From positions 28,334,001 to 28,398,000 of the forward strand of contig OZ024760.1 of the NCBI GenBank assembly GCA_964016885.1: a stretch of DNA of 64,000 nt. The letters are read 5' to 3'. The notes under the pieces were generated by a model, which saw nothing but the letters and a program-made list of their open reading frames with translations, was not told the DNA's origin and made no database searches. The translations under genes and the position numbers were made by a program. This document shows positions 24,224 through 39,221 of this stretch, one piece after another. Position 1 is the first letter of the stretch, and every line of letters begins with the position of its first letter. This DNA comes from Eledone cirrhosa. Lineage: Eukaryota.

Positions 24224-27200
24224 AAGAGATCACAGCTCTGATACTACAGACATGTGGTTAGAATGTCTCAGAAAAGAATCTCTGAATTGAGAGATCACAG
24301 CTCCGATACTACAGACGTGGTTACAATGTCTCAGAAAAGAATCTCTGAATTGAGAGATCACAGGTCCGATACTACAGATGTGGTTAGAATGTCTCAGAAA
24401 AGAATCTCTGAATTGAGAGATCACAGCTCCGATATTATAGACATGAGGTTAGAATGCCTCAGGAAAGAATCACTGAATTGAGAGATCACAGCTCTGATAC
24501 TACAGACATGTGGTTAGAATGTCTCAGGAAATAATCTCTGAATTGAGAGATCACAGCTCTGATACTAAAGACATGTGGTTAGAATGTCTGAATTGAGAAA
24601 GCACAGCTCTGATACTACAGACATGTGGTTAGAATGTCTCAGGAAAGAATCTCTGAATTGAGAGATCACAGCTCGGATACTATAGACATGTGGTTAGAAT
24701 GTCTCAGGAAAGAATCACCGAATTGAGAGATCACAGCTCTGATAGTACAGGCATGCGGTTAGAATGTCTCGGGAAAGAATCTCTGAATTGAGAGATCACA
24801 GCTCTGATACTAAAGACATGTGGTTAGAATGTCTGAATTGAGAAAGCACAGCTCTGATACTACAGACATGTGGTTAGAATGTCTCAGGAAAGAATCTCTG
24901 AATTGAGAGATCACAGCTCTGATACTACAAACATGTGGTCGGAATGTCTTAGGAAAGAATCTCTGAATTGAGAGATCACAGCTCTGATACTATAGATATG
25001 TGGTCAGAGTGTCTCAGGAAAGAATCTCTGAATTGAGAGATCACAGCTCTGATACTACAGACATGTGGTTAGAATGTCTCAGGAGAGAATCTCTGAATTG
25101 AGAGATCACAGACATGTGGTCAGAGTATCTCGGGAAAGAATCTCTGAATTGAGAGATCACAGCTCTGATACTACAGACATGTGGTTAGAATGTCTCAGGA
25201 AAGAATCTCTGAATTGAGAGATCACAGCCCTGATTTTACAGACATGTGGTCAGAGTGTCTCAGGAAAGAATCTCTGAATTGAGAGATCACAGCTCTGATA
25301 CTACAGACGTGCTTAGAATGTCTCAGGAAAGAATCTCTGAATTGAGAGATCACAGCTCCGATACTACAGACGTGGTTAGAATGTCTCAGAAAAGAATCTC
25401 TGAATTGAGAGATCACAGCTCTGATACAACAGACATGTGGTTAGAATGTCTCAGGAAAGAATCACCGAATTGAGAGATCACAGCTCTGATAATACAGGCA
25501 TGTGGTTAGAATGTCTCAGGAAAGAATCTCTGAATTGAGAGATCACAGCTCTGATACTAAAGACATGTGGTTAGAATGTCTGAATTGAGAAAGCACAGCT
25601 CTGATACTACAGACATGTGGTTTGAATGTCTCAGGAAAGAATCTCTGAATTGAGAGATCACAGTTCTGATACTAGACATGTGGTTAGAATGTCTCAGGAA
25701 AGAATCTCTGAATTGAGAGATCACAGCTCTGATGCTACAGATATGTGGTTTGAATGTCTCAGGAAAGAATCTCTGAATTGAGAGATCACAGTTCTGATAC
25801 TACAGACATGCGGTCAGAATGTCTTAGGAAAGAATCTCTGAATTGAGAGACCACAGCTATGATACTATAGATATGTGGTCAGAGTGTCTCAGGAAAGAAT
25901 CTCTGAATTGAGAGACCACAGCTCTGATACTATAGATATGTGGTTAGAATGTCTCAGGAAAGAATCTGTGAATTGAGAGATCACAGCTCTGATACTACAG
26001 ATATGTGGTTAGAATGTCTCAGGAAAGACTCTGAATTGAGAGATCACAGCTCTGATACTAAAGACATGTGGTTAGAATGTCTGAATTGAGAAAGCACAGC
26101 TCTGATACTACAGACATGTGGTTAGAATGTCTTAGGAAAGAATCTCTGAATTGAGAGATCACAGCTCTGATACTACAGACATGTGGTTAGAATGTCTCAG
26201 GAGAGAATCTCTGAATTGAGAGAGCACAGTTCTGATACTTCAGACATGTAAGAATGTCTCAGGAAAGAATCTCTGAATTGAGAGATCACAGCTCTGATAC
26301 TACAGACATGTGGTTAGAATGTCTCAGGAAAGAATCTCTGAATTGAGAGATCACAGCCCTGATTTTACAGACATGTGGTCATAGTGTCTCAGGAAAGAAT
26401 CTCTGAATTGAGAGATCACAGCTCTGATACTACAGACATGTGGTTAGAATGTCTCAGGAAAGAATCTCTGAATTGAGAGATCACAGCACTGATACTACAG
26501 ATATGTGGTTAGAATGTCTCAGGAAAGAATCTCTGAATTGAGAGATCACAGCTCTGATACTACAGACATATGGTTAGAATGTCTCAGGAGAGAATCTCTG
26601 AATTGAGAGATCACAGACATGTGGTCAGAGTATCTCGGGAAAGAATCTCTGAATTGAGAGATCACAGCTCTGATACTACAGACATGTGGTTAGAGTGTCT
26701 CAGGAAAGAATCTCTGAATTGAGAGATCACAGCCCTGATTTTACAGACATGTGGTCAGAGTGTCTCAGGAAAGAATCTCTGAATTGAGAGATCACAGCTC
26801 TGATACTACAGACGTGCTTAGAATGTCTCAGGAAAGAATCTCTGAATTGAGAGATCACAGCTCCGATACTACAGACGTGGTTAGAATGTCTCAGAAAAGA
26901 ATCTCTGAATTAAGAGATCACAGGTCCGATACTACAGACGTGGTTAGAATGTCTCAGAAAAGAATCTCTGAATTGAGAGATCACAGCTCTGATACAACAG
27001 ACATGTGGTTAGAATGTCTCAGGAAAGAATCACCGAATTGAGAGATCACAGCTCTGATAATACAGGCATGTGGTTAGAATGTCTCAGGAAAGAATCTCTG
27101 AATTGAGAGATCACAGCTCTGATACTAAAGACATGTGGTTAGAATGTCTGAATTGAGAAAGCACAGCTCTGATACTACAGACATGTGGTTTGAATGTCTC

Positions 27201-30200
27201 AGGAAAGAATCTCTGAATTGAGAGATCACAGTTCTGATACTAGACATGTGGTTAGAATGTCTCAGGAAAGAATCTCTGAATTGAGAGATCACAGCTCTGA
27301 TACTACAAACATGTGGTCAGAATGACTCAGGAAAGAATCTCTGAATTGAGAGATCACAGCTCTGATGCTACAGATATGTGGTTTGAATGTCTCAGGAAAG
27401 AATCTCTGAATTGAAAGATCACAGTTCTGATACTACAGACATGCGGTCAGAATGTCTTAGGAAAGAATCTCTGAATTGAGAGACCACAGCTATGATACTA
27501 TAGATATGTGGTCAGAGTGTCTCAGGAAAGAATCTCTGAATTGAGAGACCACAGCTCTGATACTATAGATATGTGGTTAGAATGTCTCAGGAAAGAATCT
27601 GTGAATTGAGAGATCACAGCTCTGATACTACAGATATGTGGTTAGAATGTCTCAGGAAAGACTCTGAATTGAGAGATCACAGCTCTGATACTAAAGACAT
27701 GTGGTTAGAATGTCTGAATTGAGAAAGCACAGCTCTGATACTACAGACATGTGGTTAGAATGTCTTAGGAAAGAATCTCTGAATTGAGAGATCACAGCTC
27801 TGATACTACAGACATGTGGTTAGAATGTCTCAGGAGAGAATCTCTGAATTGAGAGAGCACAGTTCTGATACTTCAGACATGTAAGAATGTCTCAGGAAAG
27901 AATCTCTGAATTGAGAGATCACAGCTCTGATACTACAGACATGTGGTTAGAATGTCTCAGGAAAGAATCTCTGAATTGAGAGATCACAGCCCTGATTTTA
28001 CAGACATGTGGTCAGAGTGTCTCAGGAAAGAATCTCTGAATTGAGAGATCACAGCTCTGATACTACAGACATGTGGTTAGAATGTCTCAGGAAAGAATCT
28101 CTGAATTGAGAGATCACAGCACTGATACTACAGATATGTGGTTAGAATGTCTCAGGAAAGAATCTCTGAATTGAGAGATCACAGCTCTGATACTACAGAC
28201 ATGTGGTTAGAATGTCTCAGGAAAGTATCTCTGAATTGAGAGATCACAGCTCTGATACTACAGATATGTGGTTAGAATGTCTCAGGAAAGAATCTCTGAA
28301 TTGAGAGATCACAGCTCTGATACTACAGACATGTGGTTAGAATGTCTCAGGAAAGAATCACTCGATTGAGAGATCACAGCCCTGATACTATAGATATGTG
28401 GTCAGAGTGTCTCAGGAAAGTATCTCTGAATTGAGAGATCACAGCTCTGATACTACAGATATGTGGTTAGAATGTCTCAGGAAAGAATCTCTGAATTGAA
28501 AAATCACAGCTCTGATACTACAGATATGTGGTTAGAATGTCTCAGGAAAGAATCTCTGAATTGAGAGATCACAGCACTGATACTACAGACATGTGGTTAG
28601 AATGTCTCAGGAAAGAATCTCTGAATTGAGAGATCACAGTTCTGATACTTCAGACATGTAAGAATGTCTCAGGAAAGAATCTCTGAATTGAGAGATCACA
28701 GCTCTGATACTATAGACATGTGGTTAGAATGTCTGAATTGAGAGATCACAGCTCTGATACTACAGACATGTGGTTAGAATGTTTCAGGAAAGAATCTCTG
28801 AATTGAGAGATCACATCTCTGATACTACAGACATGTGGTTAGAATGTCTCAGGAAAGAATCTCTTAATTGAGAGATCACAGCTCTGATACTACAGATATG
28901 TGGTCAGAATGTCTCAGGAAAGAATCTCTGAATTGAGAGATCACAGCTCTGATACTACAGACATGTGGTCAGAATGTCTCAGGAAAGAATCTCTTAGTTG
29001 AGAGATCACAGCTCTGATACTACAGACATGTGATAAGAATATCTCAGGAAAGAATCTCTGAATTGAGAGATCACAGCTCTGATAGTACAGACATGTGGTC
29101 AGAATGTCTCAGGAAAGAATCTCTTAATTGAGAGATCACAGCTCTGATACTACAGACATGTGGTCAGAATGTCTCAGAAAAGAATCTCTGAATTGAGAGA
29201 TCACAGTTCTGATACTACAGACATGTATGCAGAATATCTCAGGAAAGAATCTCTGAATTGAGAGATCACAGTTCTGATACTACGGACATGTGGTTAGAAT
29301 ATCTCAGGAAAGAATCTCTGAATTGAGAGATCACAGCTCTGATACTACAGACATGTGGTTAGAATATCTCAGGAAAGAATCTCTGAATTGAGAGATCACA
29401 GCTCTGATAGTACAGACATGTGGTTAGAATGTCTCAGGAAAGAATCTCTGAATTGAGAGATCACAGCTCTGATAGTACAGACATGTGGTCGGAATGTCTC
29501 AGGAAAGAATCTCTGAATTGAGAGATCACAGCTCTGATACTACAGACATGTGGTCAGAATGTCTCAGGAAAGAATCTCTGAATTGAGAGATCACAGTTCT
29601 GATACTACAGACATGCGGTCAGAATGTCTTAGGAAAGAATCTCTGAATTGAGAGACCACAGCTCTGATACTATAGATATGTGGTCAGAGTGTCTCAGGAA
29701 AGAATCTCTGAATTGAGAGACCACAGCTCTGATACTATAGATATGTGGTTAGAATGTCTCAGGAAAGAATCTCTGAATTGAGAGATCACAGCTCTGATAC
29801 TAAAGACATGGGGTTAGAATGTCTGAATTGAGAAAGCACAGCTCTGATACTACAGACATGTGGTTAGAATGTCTTAGGAAAGAATCTCTGAATTGAGAGA
29901 TCACAGCTCTGATACTACAGACATGTGGTTAGAATGTCTCAGGAGAGAATCTCTGAATTGAGAGAGCACAGTTCTGATACTTCAGACATGTAAGAATGTC
30001 TCAGGAAAGAATCTCTGAATTGAGAGATCTCAGCTCTGATACTACAGACAAGTGGTTAGAATGTCTCAGGAAAGAATCTCTGAATTGAGAGATCACAGCC
30101 CTGATTTTACAGACATGTGGTCAGAGTGTCTCAGGAAAGAATCTCTGAATTGAGAGATCACAGCTCTGATACTACAGACATGTGGTTAGAATGTCTTAGG

Positions 30201-33200
30201 AAAGAATCTCTGAATTGAGAGATCACAGCTCTGATACTACAGACATGTGGTTAGAATGTCTCAGGAAAGAATCACTCGATTGAGAGATCACAGTCCTGAT
30301 ACTACAGACATGTGGTCAGAATGTCTCAGGAAAGAATCTCTGAATTGAGAGATCACATTTCTGATACTTCAGACATGTAAGAATGTCTCAGGAAAGAATC
30401 TCTGAATTGAGAGATCACAGCTCTGATACTACAGACAAGTGGTTAGAATGTCTCAGGAAAGAATCTCTGAATTGAGAGATCACAGCTCTGATACTACAGA
30501 CATGTGGTTAGAATGTTTCAGGAAAGAATCTCTGAATTGAGAGATCACATCTCTGATACTACAGACATGTGGTTAGAATGTCTCAGGAAAGAATCTCTGA
30601 ACTGAGAGATCACAGCTCTGCTACTACAGACATGTGGTCAGAATGTCTCAGGAAAGAATCTCTGACTTGAGAGATCACAGCTCTGATACTACAGACATGT
30701 GGTCAGAATGTCTCAGGAAAGAATCTCTGAATTGAGAGATCACAGCTCTGATACTACAGACATGTGGTCAGAATGTCTCAGGAAAGAATCTCTGACTTGA
30801 GAGATCACAGCTCTGATACTACAGACATGTGGTTAGAATATCTCAGGAAAGAATCTCTGAATTGAGAGATCACAGCTCTGATACTACAGACATGTGGTTA
30901 GAATATCTCAGAAAAGAATCTCTGAATTGAGAGATCACAGCTCTGATACTACAGACATGTGGTCAGAATGTCTCAGGAAAGAATCTCTTAATTGAGAGAT
31001 CACAGCTCTGATACTACAGACATGTGGTTAGAATATCTCAGGAAAGAATCTCTGAATTGAGAGATCACAGCTCTGATAGTACAGACATGTGGTCAGAATG
31101 TCTCAGGAAAGAATCTCTTAATTGAGAGATCACAGCTCTGATACTACAGACATGTGGTCAGAATGTCTCAGAAAAGAATCTCTGAATTGAGAGATCACAG
31201 TTCTGATACTACAGACATGTATGCGGAATATCTCAGGAAAGAATCTCTGAATTGAGAGATCACAGTTCTGATACTACAGACATGTGGTTAGAATATCTCA
31301 GGAAAGAATCTCTGAATTGAGAGATCACAGCTCTGATACTACAGACATGTGGTTAGAATATCTCAGGAAAGAATCTCTGAATTGAGAGATCACAGCTCTG
31401 ATACTACAGACATGTGGTTAGAATATCTCAGGTAAGAATCTCTGAATTGAGAGATCACAGCTCTGATACTACAGACATGTGGTTAGAATATCTCAGGAAA
31501 GAATCTCTGAATTGAGAGATCACAGCTCTGATACTACAGACATGTGGTTAGAATGTCTCAGGAAAGAATCTCTGAATTGAGAGATCACAGCTCTGATACT
31601 ACAGACATGTGGTTAGAATATCTCAGGAAAGAATCTCTGAATTGAGAGATCACAGCTCTGATACTACAGACATGTGGTTAGAATGTCTCAGGAAAGGATC
31701 TCTGAATTGAGAGATCACAGCTCTGATACTACAGACATGTGGTTAGAATGTCTCAGGAGAGAATCTCTGAATTGAGAGAGCACAGTTCTGATACTTCAGA
31801 CATGTAAGAATGTCTCAGGAAAGAATCTCTGAATTGAGAGATCACAGCTCTGATACTACAGACAAGTGGTTAGAATGTCTCAGGAAAGAATCTCTGAATT
31901 GAGAGATCACAGCCCTGATTTTACAGACATGTGGTCAGAGTGTCTCAGGAAAGAATCTCTGAATTGAGAGATCACAGCTCTGAATCTACAGACATGTGGT
32001 TAGAATGTCTCAGGAAAGAATCACTCGATTGAGAGAACACAGTCCTGATACTACAGACATGTGGTTAGAATGTCTCAGGAAAGAATCTCTGAATTGAGAG
32101 ATCACAGTTCTGATACTTCAGACATGTAAGAATGTCTCAGGAAAGAATCTCTGAATTGAGAGATCACAGCTCTGATACTATAGACATGTGGTTAGAATGT
32201 CTGAATTGAGAGATCACAGCTCTGATACTACAGACATGTGGTTAGAATGTTTCAGGAAAGAATCTCTGAATTGAGAGATCACATCTCTGATACTACAGAC
32301 ATGTGGTTAGAATGTCTCAGGAAAGAATCTCTGAACTGAGAGATCACAGCTCTGCTACTACAGATATGTGGTCAGAATGTCTCAGGAAAGAATCTCTGAC
32401 TTGAGAGATCACAGCTCTGATACTACAGACATGTGTTTAGAATATCTCAGGAAAGAATCTCTGAATTGAGAGATCACAGCTCTGATACTACAGACATGTG
32501 GTTAGAATATCTCAGGAAAGAATCTCTTAATTGAGAGATCACAGCTCTGATACTACAGACATGTGGTTAGAATATCTCAGGAAAGAATCTCTTAATTGAG
32601 AGATCACAGCTCTGATACTACAGACATGTGGTTAGAATATCTCAGAAAAGAATCTCTGAATTGAGAGATCACAGCTCTGATACTACAGACATGTGGTCAG
32701 AATGTCTCAGGAAAGAATCTCTTAATTGAGAGATCACAGCTCTGATACTACAGACATGTGGTTAGAATATCTCAGGAAAGAATCTCTGAATTGAGAGATC
32801 ACAGCTCTGATAGTACAGACATGTGGTCAGAATGTCTCAGGAAAGAATCTCTTAATTGAGAGATCACAGCTCTGATACTACAGACATGTGGTCAGAATGT
32901 CTCAGAAAAGAATCTCTGAATTGAGAGATCACAGTTCTGATACTACAGACATGTATGCGGAATATCTCAGGAAAGAATCTCTGAATTGAGAGATCACAGC
33001 TCTGATACTACAGACATGTGGTTAGAATATCTCAGGAAAGAATCTCTGAATTGAGAGATCACAGCTCTGATACTACAGACATGTGGTTAGAATATCTCAG
33101 GAAAGAATCTATCTCTGAATTGAGAGATCACAGCTCTGATACTACAGACATGTGGTCAGAATGTCTCAGGAAAGAATCTCTGAATTGAGAGATCACAGCT

Positions 33201-33636
33201 CTGATACTACAGACATGTGGTTAGAATATCTCAGGAAAGAATCTCTGAATTGAGAGATCACAGCTCTGATACTACAGACATGTGGTTAGAATATCTCAGG
33301 TAAGAATCTCTGAATTGAGAGATCACAGCTCTGATACTACAGACATGTGGTTAGAATATCTCAGGAAAGAATCTCTGAATTGAGAGATCACAGCTCTGAT
33401 ACTACAGATATGTGGTTAGAATGTCTCAGGAAAGAATCTCTGAATTGAGAGATCACAGCTCTGATACTACAGACATGTGGTTAGAATATCTCAGGAAAGA
33501 ATCTCTGAATTGAGAGATCACAGCTCTGATACTACAGACATGTGGTTAGAATGTCTCAGGAAAGGATCTCTGAATTGAGAGATCACAGCTCTGATACTAC
33601 AGACATGTGGTTAGAATGTCTCAGGAAAGAATCTCA
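24224..33636. repeat. 65-bp satellite, ~145 copies (9.4 kb), in the GPCR intron
   Basis: Unit gagagatcacagctctgatactacagacatgtggttagaatgtctcaggaaagaatctctgaatt. Confidence 0.98.
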
Positions 33637-33799
33637 GTAAAACCTAGATAGTTATGAGCTATAACATGATAGGACTGGGGCTTCTGTCATTAAAACACCT
33701 GAGAAAGCTGAGAGCCCTGCAGGGATTAGAGACCCATCAATTATACCTGAAGTCTTCAGGTCCAGTCAAGGGTTAATACAGCTCTGGGCAACAACATAA

Positions 33800-34705
33800 T
33801 CACACACACACGCTCACATACACATACAAACACCACCCTCATTCACACTGACGTACACGTACACATACACATCCCTCATATGTACCCTCCTCATACAACA
33901 CATGTACACACACACACCCTCATACTACATACACACACACACACTCATACTATGTACACACACACACACACCCTCATACTACATACACACACACACACCC
34001 TCATACTACATACACACACACAACACACACACACACATACAACACACATCCTCATACACACACACACAACCACATACAACACACACCCTCATACACAAAC
34101 ATACACGCACATACACACACCCTCATACAACACACACAACACACCCTCATACACACACACAGCCACATACAACACTCACACACACATACAACATACACCC
34201 TCATACACACACACACAACCACATACAACACACACACATACAACACACACCCTCATACAGCTACATACACACACACCCACATATAACACACACAACACAC
34301 CCTCATACACACACAACCACATATGCACACACACACCCTCATACACACACACACAACCACATACGACACACACATACAACACACACCTTCATACACACAC
34401 ACAACCACATACAACACACACACACACACCCTCATACACACACACACACAACCACATACACCACACACACACATGCAACACACACCCTCATACATACACA
34501 CACAACCACATACAACACACACACACACAACCACATACACCACACACACATACATCACACACCCTCATACACACACATACACACACCCTCATACAACACA
34601 CACAATACACCCACATACAAAACACACAACACACCCTCATACACACACTTACAAACACTCAGCTCATACAACACATGTACACACACATATAACTCATACA
34701 CAACA
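33800..34705. repeat. CA-rich low-complexity repeat
   Basis: (CA)n interspersed with ccctcata and accacata units. Confidence 0.9.
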
Positions 34706-34922
34706 CAGCCCCTCCCCCTGCCTGTATACAACCCCACCCCTACAACAGCAGCAGCACTACAGTTCTATTGATCTATGGATCTTTTATAGGTTTCTGTTAA
34801 ACCATCTGTTAGAGAAATAATTGACTGACTTGTTTAAATAAGCTGTTGACAGACGTTTGCAAAGACTGGGACAATCTATACCTGGTTACTAGGACTGCTA
34901 GAAATAGGAACCACATATATAT

Positions 34923-37900
34923 ATCATCATCATCATCATTTTACGTCAGCTTTTCCCTACTTGCAAGGGTGGGACGAGTCTTATTCAGCACAGTATCTCT
35001 CCACTTGTCACGGTCCTTCGTCATCTCCACAGTGAGCTTCAGCGATCTGAGGTCTGTTCTCACCACCTGTGCCCATGTTTTTCGTGGTCTACCTCTACCA
35101 CGTCTTCCTTCAACTGGCATTTCCTAACACTTCTTCACCCATCGGTCATCCCCCATGCGCATCACATGTCCATACCACCTCAGTCTCCTCTCTCGTACAC
35201 TACATTCTATCCCTCTCAGACACAGTTTCTCTCCCAACACATTGATGCTGAGTCGTTCACGCACATTGACACTGCACATCCAACGGAGCATGCTTGCCTC
35301 ATTTCTCTCCAGCCGTTGCATATCCTCTGCAGTTGCAGCCCATGTCTCACTACCATGCAGCATTGCGCTCCTCACACAGGCATCATATAACCGGCCTTTC
35401 GTACGCAGGGAGAAACCCTTCTTTGTCAGCAGAGGAAGCAGCTCCCTAAACTTCTTCCAACCTGTCCTTATTCTAGATACGATGGCCTTGGAACACCCCC
35501 CTCACATGCTAATCTGATCTCCTAGGAACCGGAAGCTATCCACCACTTCTATAGCACCCGCCTGCATTTGAAAAATTTGTCTATCAATGCGACTTCTACT
35601 GTCTAATTTCCCTGTACATCTACTGCATACGTATTTATCCCTACCTGTTAGTTTGCCTGCTATCCCACTACATCTCTTGTGTACCCAGGACCTGCATTGT
35701 GTGCATTTTATAGAATTTATGCCAGTTCCTTTTCTGCATATCGAACATGGCCATTTCCCTGACGGAATCAGAGTTTTGTCCTCTTTTCTACTCATCAACA
35801 CTTTTGTCTTAGCTAGATTCACTCTCAGTCCTCTTGCTTCCAACTGCTGTTTCCATAGCCAGAATTTATTCTCTAGCTCCTCTACTGATTCTGCTATAAG
35901 AACCAGATCGTCAGCATAAAGAAGTTCCCATGAACAGCCAGTCTTAAAGTCTTCTGTTATGGCTTGGAGAACTATAATGAACTAGAGCGGGCTGAGGACC
36001 GAACCTTGATGTACTCCTACTTGTATCTGGAATTCCCCACTAAACTCCATTCCTACCCTGACTTTACTGACAGTACCTCTGTACAAAGTTTGCACCGTCC
36101 TCACAAGCCATTCCTCAACACCTAGTTTCTTTAGGGACCACCAGTTGACAGATCGGGGTACCCTATCAAAGGCCTTCTCTAGGTCAACAAACGCTAAGTA
36201 TAGTGGCTTATTTTTCTCTAAGAACCTCTCTTGTAATTGTCTCACCAAGAAGAGGGCATCTGTTGTACTCTTCCCAGGCACAAAACCAAACTGCATCTCA
36301 TCTAGTTTGACCCTTTCTCTAATTAGTTGTGCTAATATCCTTTCTGCCACTTTCATAACCTGATCCAATCAGCTTTATACCCCTATAATTGCTCCTCTCC
36401 AGAGCATCCCCTTTACCTTTGTAGCAATTTATGAGAATACTGCTGCACCAGTCTTTGGGTATGACACCACCGTATATATATAGCCTGATTGTTGATGTGT
36501 GCAACCAGTTTAATGCCTACGTCCCCTGATGCCTTCAGCATCTCAGCAACTATTCCCGATAGTCCGGCAGCCTTACCATTTTTCATTTCCTTAATCGCCT
36601 CTTGGAACCTATATTCGTCAATCTCAATAGCTGGTCCCTCTGTCGGATCTACTGGGGGTAATTTCTCTCTCTCCCATTCGTTCTCCACATTCCTCAGTCT
36701 CTCATAATGACATTTCCAGGCCTCCTTTTTCTGATCATTCGTGACACTAAGTACACCGGCATTATTCCGGACACATTTATCTCCAACAACATCCTGATTT
36801 GCATTGACACACTGCCTTGCAATGTGGAACACTGCATGCCTCTGATCTTCCCGTCGCAGAACATTGGCAAACCTCCTACTCTCAGCCTCCTTGCGTGCTA
36901 AGTACACCTGACATCTAGCTTCTCTCTTAGCAGCTGTATATCCTTCTCTACTCCCACTCTTTTTCCAAGCCTTCCATGCTAGTCTTTTGTCTCTAATGGC
37001 CTTATCTACTGTGCTGTTCCACCACCAGGTCACTCTCTGTCTGGTTGGAGCTCTGCTCCAGCCACAAGTTTCATCAGTAGTCTGCAGTAAGTTGTCACGT
37101 AAGAAATTCCAGTTATTATCTATGTCATACGTCTCTAAATCGTCTTCTTTTTCGTCATACACATCTTGAAGGGCTTTCCTAAATTTGTATTTTAGTGAAA
37201 GGTCTTTTAGCTTCCAGACCTTTCTTCTCTACACCTTCCTGTATGTCTCATTCCATCTCTTGCTTACTGAGATATCACTAACGACTAACCTATGCTGTGG
37301 GGTACATTCTTCCCCAGGGTGTGCCTTGGTATTTGACACCATCTGCCTGTCCCGCTGCCTAACTAGTAAGAAGTCAATCTGGCTTATGTGCTTGCCTGAT
37401 TTGTAGGTTATTAGGTGGTTGGCAGGTTTCTGGAAGTTAGTGTTGCAAATAGTCAGTGTACTTGCATCACAAAATTCAAGAAGTCTCACTCCTTCTTCAT
37501 TTCTAGAGCCGTAACCGTGCCCTCCATGTACCCCAGTGTAATCATCCTGGAGCTCTCCAACATGACCATTGAAGTCCCCAGCTAGCATAACAATGTCTCC
37601 GTCCTCTGTCATTGCGGCTGTTTGTAAAAGTTGCTCGTAAAAGCAGTCTTTCTCTTCTTTGCCTAGGCCTGCTTGAGGAGCATAGGCAGAGATGATTGTC
37701 AGTAGACTCCTGCCTATAACTAATCTAAGCTTAATTATTCGATTACTAACTCAAACTACCTCTATTGTCTTATTGATCCATCTCTCAGCCAGGAAAATGC
37801 CTACTCCCCCTAACCCATCATCCTTACCCAGAAAAGCTTATAGCTAAGATGTTTGCCTGCGACTAGTCTCGCAGAGGCACCTCTCCATCTCACCTCTTGC

Positions 37901-38175
37901 ATGCAGCACACATCCACATGCCTTCTCTCCAGCATCTCCGCTATTTCACCAGATTTACCTGTGAGAGTGCCAACATTAAGTGTTGCAACTCTGAGATGCA
38001 ACGTCTTCATATTTTGTTGTTGTTCCTATCTATTTGTTGCTGTGCTGCTAATCGTTTTGCCATTGATACACTGGTTGGATGCCCTTCCTAACACCAGTGC
38101 CACTTTACAGCATAGACTGAGTGCTTTTATTTGTGCCACCAGCACTAGAGAGGATGTCTTACTGAACTCAAGGGC
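34923..38175 (-). mobile_element. RTE-clade non-LTR retrotransposon (family 2), near full length, degenerate; in the GPCR intron
   Basis: RVATLNVGTL..MQEVRW (APE), [38 protein letters not shown], (GAT)n tail. Confidence 0.93.
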
Positions 38176-38209
38176 CCTCTCTACCCCTCCATGTATATGT
38201 ATATATATG

Positions 38210-39221
38210 CTCAGGTGCACTAAGTAGTAGCAAGTGTCCACAGGATACTAGCTCCTTCTATTGCCCAGATTGTTCTATAGAAATAGTGGACACCTTCCGT
38301 TACCTGGGTGACAAAATCAGCAATGGTGGGGGGTGTTCATATATATATATGTAGCCAGAGTCAGAACAGGATGGAAAAAGTTCAGAGAGCTTATACCGCT
38401 GTTGGCTGCTAAAGGTTTCTCTCTAAAAATGAAAGGCAGACTGTATGATGCCTGTATACGAACAGCAATGCTACATGGCAGTGAGACTTCGGCATTGTGT
38501 GCAGAGGACCTGCGCAGACTGGAGAGGAATGAAGCTTGCATGCTCCGTTGGATGTGTAATAGTAATATACATGAACAGCAAAGCATAAATGAACTAAGGG
38601 AGAAATTAGGAATAAGAGGGATCAGATGCTGTTTACTTGAGAGAAGACTACGTTGGTATAGTCACGTGATGTGCATGAAAGACGACAGCTGTATAAAAAA
38701 GTGCAGGGCGATCAAAATTGATGGTAGTTACGGAGTAGGCAGACCCAGAAAAACCTGGGACGATTTGATAAATTCCGACACTTACACCTCTCCAAGACAA
38801 TGTCACTGGACCGAGATCTTTGGCGCTACACAGTAATACAGAAGACCCGCCTTGTCTAAGTACAAAGCGAAACCTACAGTCAGTAGGCACCTCTTAACCA
38901 AAATACACCCCCGTCCCACTAATCCTACCCCCACCGCCATCTACGGCTTTTGATGTAAAGCTATGTTGGTACCACAACATCCAGTCTTAAATAAATGAGG
39001 TTGTGTAGGTGTCACGACAAAAAAACATAGAGTCCACGCTGTAATGTGGCCGTGTAGATAACACGGTAAAAACCTCCCAGCCCACACTGTAAACGTGGTT
39101 GGTGTTAGGAAGGGCATCCAGACAGTCCTGAGCAAGACAACCAATCTTGCCTCAAGTGGGACAATTTCCGTCCAGATCCATGCTAGCGTGGAAAATGGAC
39201 ATTAAACGATGATGATGATGA
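38210..39221 (+). mobile_element. 5'-truncated RTE family 1 copy
   Basis: [24 protein letters not shown] nearly identical to 7413-8150, with the same 3' UTR and (GAT)n tail. Confidence 0.9.

Noticed and set aside
33880-34820. His/Thr-rich ORFs
   Set aside because: Translation of (CA)n low-complexity sequence.
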